Shown here piece by piece: positions 60,005-64,000 of a DNA stretch of 64,000 nucleotides; the first letter of the stretch is position 1; each line of letters opens with the position of its first letter. The notes beneath the pieces are model-generated. The model was given only the letters and a program-made list of their open reading frames with translations. It did not search any database and was not told where the DNA came from. Source of the DNA: an uncultured candidate division Zixibacteria bacterium (GTDB taxonomy: Bacteria; Zixibacteria; MSB-5A5; GN15; FEB-12); the NCBI GenBank assembly GCA_963664195.1, contig OY760907.1, positions 2,496,001 to 2,560,000 of the forward strand, written 5' to 3'. The translations under genes and the position numbers were made by a program.

Positions 60005-60144
60005 TATTGTAAGCGGAGACCTTTGAAGGAACTGTTGTTCCCATGCTTCTAAGCGGGTTGGTCTCACCGTTTGGGTAAAGGGCAGTTTCGAGATATTAAG
60101 TGAAGATAAGTAGTAATTTAGTTCAATAGTGTGAGGTAAAGACC

Positions 60145-60528
60145 GTGGCTAACGAAGCAATTGAAGAAATTGTTGAGAAGATATCGACCCTTACGGCGAT
60201 GGATCTCGCTGACCTATCCAAGGCTATCCAGGACAAATTTGGTGTGACGGCTGCTGCTCCCATGATGATGGGTGGCATGATGCCGATGGGCGGAGCTGCT
60301 GAAGCGGCCGAAGAGCAGACGGCTTTTGACGTTATGCTCACTGCGATTGGTGACAAGAAGATTCAGGTCATCAAAGTCGTCCGCGAACTTACTGCCCTGG
60401 GCCTGAAAGAGGCCAAGGACCTCGTTGAATCAGCCCCTACGGCTATCAAAGAGGGTATCCCGAAAGAGGAAGCTGAAGCAGCCAAAGCTAAGCTCGAAGA
60501 AGTTGGCGCTCAGGTCGACCTTAAGTAG
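60145..60528 (+). CDS. rplL: 50S ribosomal protein L7/L12
   Basis: [29 protein letters not shown]. Confidence 0.98.
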   Translation: MANEAIEEIVEKISTLTAMDLADLSKAIQDKFGVTAAAPMMMGGMMPMGGAAEAAEEQTAFDVMLTAIGDKKIQVIKVVRELTALGLKEAKDLVESAPTAIKEGIPKEEAEAAKAKLEEVGAQVDLK

Positions 60529-60545
60529 TTTGTTTTTAGATACTT

Positions 60546-60579
60546 AACCGGCCGGGAACAAACTGTTCCCCGGCCGGTT
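60546..60579 (+). terminator. Strong hairpin after rplL (terminator/attenuator)
   Basis: AACCGGCCGGGAACA-AAC-TGTTCCCCGGCCGGTT. Confidence 0.65.
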
Positions 60580-60803
60580 CTATATCGACGGGCATGGGCC
60601 GTATGTTCCTGTGCCGTTTTGTGCGATTATATGGTGAAAGTCTGCGTAGGCAGCTCCCCCACCGTCAATGAAGAGGCGGGGAGAAGAATGGAATAAATGG
60701 CAGGATCACCACGGTCAGTAAACGTTCTCATCGAATTTTGTGATCCCCACAGGACAGGTACGTCTGCGTGGGTTTTCTCGATTATAGGTAGGAGGGTATA
60801 ACT

Positions 60804-63800
60804 TTGGGCCAGTCAGTGACGACCAGAACCAGTTACGCCAAAATTCCCGACGCTTGCGATATGCCCAATCTGCTTGACGTGCAGTTGCGATCCTATCACA
60901 GCTTTCTTCAGCTCGACAAAGCGCCGGATAAGCGCGAGCAGGTCGGGTTGCACGGCATATTCTCTGAGATATTCCCGGTTAGTGACGTTCATGAAAACTA
61001 TTCCCTGGAGTATGTCGGTTACCACCTGGGACCTACCCGGTATAGCATTGAAGAATGCCGCGAACGCAACATGACTTATGCCGCCCCGCTCAGGGTGACG
61101 ATGCGACTCATTGCCCGTCAGGGCGAGGGGGATGAAAAAGAAGTCAAGGACATCGTTGAACAGGACGTGTACCTCGGCGAACTGCCGATTATCACGCGCT
61201 GGGGCACGTTTATTGTCAACGGTGCCGAGCGTGTGACGGTGAGCCAGTTGCATCGTAGTCCGGGCGTGTTCTTTGACGAAGATATCCACCCGAACGGCAA
61301 GAAACTCAATTCCGCTCGCGTGATACCGTATCGTGGAAGCTGGGTCGAATTCAGCCTGGATATCAACGATATCATGTGGGTCTATATCGACTCCAAGCGC
61401 AAGCTGCCAGCGACGGCGATAATGCGTGCAATCGGATATTCGAGCGACGAAGAGCTTGTTGACCTGTACTACGATATCCAGAAGCTCAGCCTCACCGGTA
61501 AAAAGGCTCCCGAGTACGAAGGCGCATTCCTTGGCGAAACGATCATCGATCAGGAGACCGGCGAAATTCTGCATCCGGTCGGTACGCCGCTGACGGAGGA
61601 AGTGATCGATGAGATCAAGTCCAACGGTCACAAGTCGATTCGTATCGTGCCGGCAGAGAAGACGCGCAACGCGTACGTGATTCTGAACACGATCAAGAAG
61701 GACCCGACCAAGTCTCGTGAAGAGGCACTCGTCAAGATTTACTCGCTCATGCGTCCTGGCGAGCCGCCCACAATTGAGATGGCCGAGGGGCTGCTTGACA
61801 AGCTGTTTTTCTCGAACAAGCGTTATGACCTCGGCGAAGTCGGCCGCTATATGATCAACCAGCGGCTCAAGCTTGACATCCCGCTCGAACATACAGTCTT
61901 TGACAACCGGGATTTCGTTGCGATTACTCAGTACTTGATCGGGCTGTGTAACGATATTGGCTTTACGGACGATATTGACCATCTCGGCAATCGTCGTGCC
62001 CGTACGGTCGGTGAGCTGTTGGCCAACCTGTTTTCAGTCGGACTCTCCCGTGTCGCCCGTACGATTCGCGAGCGGTTGTCGCTGAAGGATCAGGAGAATG
62101 TCACGCCGCAGTTGCTGGTGAACGCCCGCACTGTTTCATCGGTAATCGAGAGCTTCTTTGGTTCTTCGCAGCTCTCTCAGTTCATGGATCAGACGAACCC
62201 ACTGTCAGAGCTGACGCACAAACGTCGTCTATCGGCTCTTGGTCCGGGCGGTCTGACTCGTGAAAGAGCAGGCTTTGAGGTGCGCGACGTGCACCATACG
62301 CACTACGGTCGTATGTGCCCGATTGAGACGCCTGAAGGTCCGAATATCGGCCTGATTACCTCGATGGCTACGTTTGCCCAGATCAACAAGTACGGATTCC
62401 TTGAGACGCCGTATCGCAAAGTCACCAAGGGCAGGGTCACCAAGGAGATCGTCTATCTGTCCGCAGATGAAGAAGACCGGTATCTTATCGCTCAGGCCAA
62501 TGAGCCCCTGGATGAAAAAGGCAACTTTGTCAACGATATCGTTACTGCCCGTCGCCGGTCGGACTACCCGCAGGTGAAGGCTGACGAGGTCGAGTATATG
62601 GACGTTTCCACGCGGCAGATTGTGTCGGTTGCGGCGTCGCTGATTCCGTTCCTTGAGCACGATGATGCCAACCGCGCGCTCATGGGCTCCAACATGCAGC
62701 GTCAGGCTGTGCCTCTTCTCAGGACCGAAGCTCCGGTGGTGGGTACCGGTATGGAAGAGCGTGTGGCGATTGATGCCGGTGTAGTGATTCGGGCCGAGCG
62801 ACCCGGCACCGTCAAGTATGCTGATGCCGAGCAGATTATCATCGAACCCAGTGTTTCGGTGGAGTCGGATTCACTCGGCTATATTGAAGATGACGTTTAC
62901 AAGCTGACGAAATACCGCCGCTCGAACCAGGACACCTGTATCAATTACCGCCCGGTAGTAAAGCCCGGCACCGTAATTAAAGAAGGCGACACGATTGCTG
63001 ACGGTCCGGCTGTTGACGACGGTGAACTTGCTCTTGGCAACAATACGCTGGTGTCGTTTATGCCCTGGCGCGGGTACAACTACGAGGACGCCATCATTCT
63101 CTCCGAGCGGCTGGTACACCGGGATATCTTCACCTCGATTCATATCGAGGAATACGAGCTGCAGGTTCGTGACACCAAGCGTGGAGCCGAAGAGATCACC
63201 CGCGAAATCCCGAACGTTTCAGAAGAAGCTCTTCTGAACCTGGACGACATGGGGATCATTCGTGAGGGTGCGGAGGTTGAGGCCGGCGATATTCTGGTTG
63301 GCAAGGTGACGCCGAAGGGTGAAACCGAGCTGTCTCCGGAAGAGCGTTTGTTGCGTGCTATCTTTGGTGAGAAGGCGGGCGACGTACGTGATGCCTCTCT
63401 GAAGGCGCCGCCAGGAATGAAGGGTGTGGTTATCAAGACCCGCCTATTCTCTCGCAAGGAGAAAACGGAGGAGGCCAAGCGGGTAGAGAAGAAAGAGCGT
63501 GCGGAGATCGATAAGACCTTCAACAAGATCATGCTCGATATCAGTCGTCGGCGTGCCCAGAGGCTGGGCGAGTTGCTTGATGGCCAGACTTCGCGTCTGG
63601 TTCGGTCGGCGATTGACAATTCCGTGCTTATTCGCTCCGGGCACAAGTACAAAGCGGATTTCTTTGAGAATTTCGAGATTGATAACGCAGTTGCAGCTAA
63701 TGGATTCTGTTCGGACGATGCCATCAACGAGAAGGTCGATAAGATCATCGCCGAGGCGGCAGAGATACTCGAGCAGAAGAAGCAGCAGCGGGAAATCGAG

Positions 63801-64000
63801 ATCGACAAGGCCGTGCGTGGTGCCGAACTTAATCCGGGTGTCAAGCAGCTCGTTAAGGTTACGATTGCGATTCGCCGCAAGATATCGGTCGGTGACAAGA
63901 TGGCCGGACGTCACGGTAACAAGGGTGTCGTCTCCAAGATTGTACCGGTCGAGGACCTTCCGTACATGGAAGACGGTACGCCGGTTGACATCATTCTCAA
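60804..64000 (+). CDS. rpoB: DNA-directed RNA polymerase beta subunit (partial, runs off the window)
   Basis: TTG at 60804 after [63 protein letters not shown]. Confidence 0.98.
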   Translation, partial: MGQSVTTRTSYAKIPDACDMPNLLDVQLRSYHSFLQLDKAPDKREQVGLHGIFSEIFPVSDVHENYSLEYVGYHLGPTRYSIEECRERNMTYAAPLRVTMRLIARQGEGDEKEVKDIVEQDVYLGELPIITRWGTFIVNGAERVTVSQLHRSPGVFFDEDIHPNGKKLNSARVIPYRGSWVEFSLDINDIMWVYIDSKRKLPATAIMRAIGYSSDEELVDLYYDIQKLSLTGKKAPEYEGAFLGETIIDQETGEILHPVGTPLTEEVIDEIKSNGHKSIRIVPAEKTRNAYVILNTIKKDPTKSREEALVKIYSLMRPGEPPTIEMAEGLLDKLFFSNKRYDLGEVGRYMINQRLKLDIPLEHTVFDNRDFVAITQYLIGLCNDIGFTDDIDHLGNRRARTVGELLANLFSVGLSRVARTIRERLSLKDQENVTPQLLVNARTVSSVIESFFGSSQLSQFMDQTNPLSELTHKRRLSALGPGGLTRERAGFEVRDVHHTHYGRMCPIETPEGPNIGLITSMATFAQINKYGFLETPYRKVTKGRVTKEIVYLSADEEDRYLIAQANEPLDEKGNFVNDIVTARRRSDYPQVKADEVEYMDVSTRQIVSVAASLIPFLEHDDANRALMGSNMQRQAVPLLRTEAPVVGTGMEERVAIDAGVVIRAERPGTVKYADAEQIIIEPSVSVESDSLGYIEDDVYKLTKYRRSNQDTCINYRPVVKPGTVIKEGDTIADGPAVDDGELALGNNTLVSFMPWRGYNYEDAIILSERLVHRDIFTSIHIEEYELQVRDTKRGAEEITREIPNVSEEALLNLDDMGIIREGAEVEAGDILVGKVTPKGETELSPEERLLRAIFGEKAGDVRDASLKAPPGMKGVVIKTRLFSRKEKTEEAKRVEKKERAEIDKTFNKIMLDISRRRAQRLGELLDGQTSRLVRSAIDNSVLIRSGHKYKADFFENFEIDNAVAANGFCSDDAINEKVDKIIAEAAEILEQKKQQREIEIDKAVRGAELNPGVKQLVKVTIAIRRKISVGDKMAGRHGNKGVVSKIVPVEDLPYMEDGTPVDIIL

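Noticed and set aside
60043..60053. TGCTTCTAAGC complementary to 23S rRNA GTPase-centre GCUUAGAAGCA
   Set aside because: An 11-mer in antisense orientation cannot act as an rRNA mimic; plausibly chance.
60813..63914. Long minus-strand ORFs (389, 252, 156 aa), and similar ones opposite tuf, rpsB, pyrH, dxs and pilM
   Set aside because: Antisense shadows of conserved genes.

Overview
Bacterial chromosomal window, moderately GC-rich and mostly housekeeping. It is probably a Zixibacteria/FCB-related genome, inferred from a Cys-Cys-led dockerin tail and an RpoB insertion. Core content: rlmN, ctpA, a type IV pilus locus (pilin, FimT-like, pilM-N-O, an unusual AMIN-PilP, pilQ, Ig-like lipoprotein), mtnA, rplM-rpsI-rpsB-tsf-pyrH-frr, uppS-cdsA-UbiA-NlpC-uvrC, xseAB-ispA-dxs-nadK, and tuf-rpmG-secE-nusG-rplKAJL-rpoB (partial), plus five tRNAs. 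Main accessory signals: (1) two standalone NLR/STAND-like genes, TIR-NTPase-TPR beside tRNA-Arg and TM-NTPase-TPR between uvrC and xseA, whose upstream regions share sequence motifs; (2) a TetR-linked, Cys-rich, divergent NMO/FabK/FabX-like flavoprotein; (3) a rearranged PilP/PilQ architecture; (4) a UbiA prenyltransferase coupled to uppS-cdsA; (5) a family of REP-like hairpins with compensatory changes, two of which bracket a two-gene insert between tRNA-Gly and tRNA-Thr; (6) +1 frameshifts in adjacent ispA and dxs. No CRISPR array, integrase or transposase was seen. All calls come from motif recognition by eye; no searches were run.
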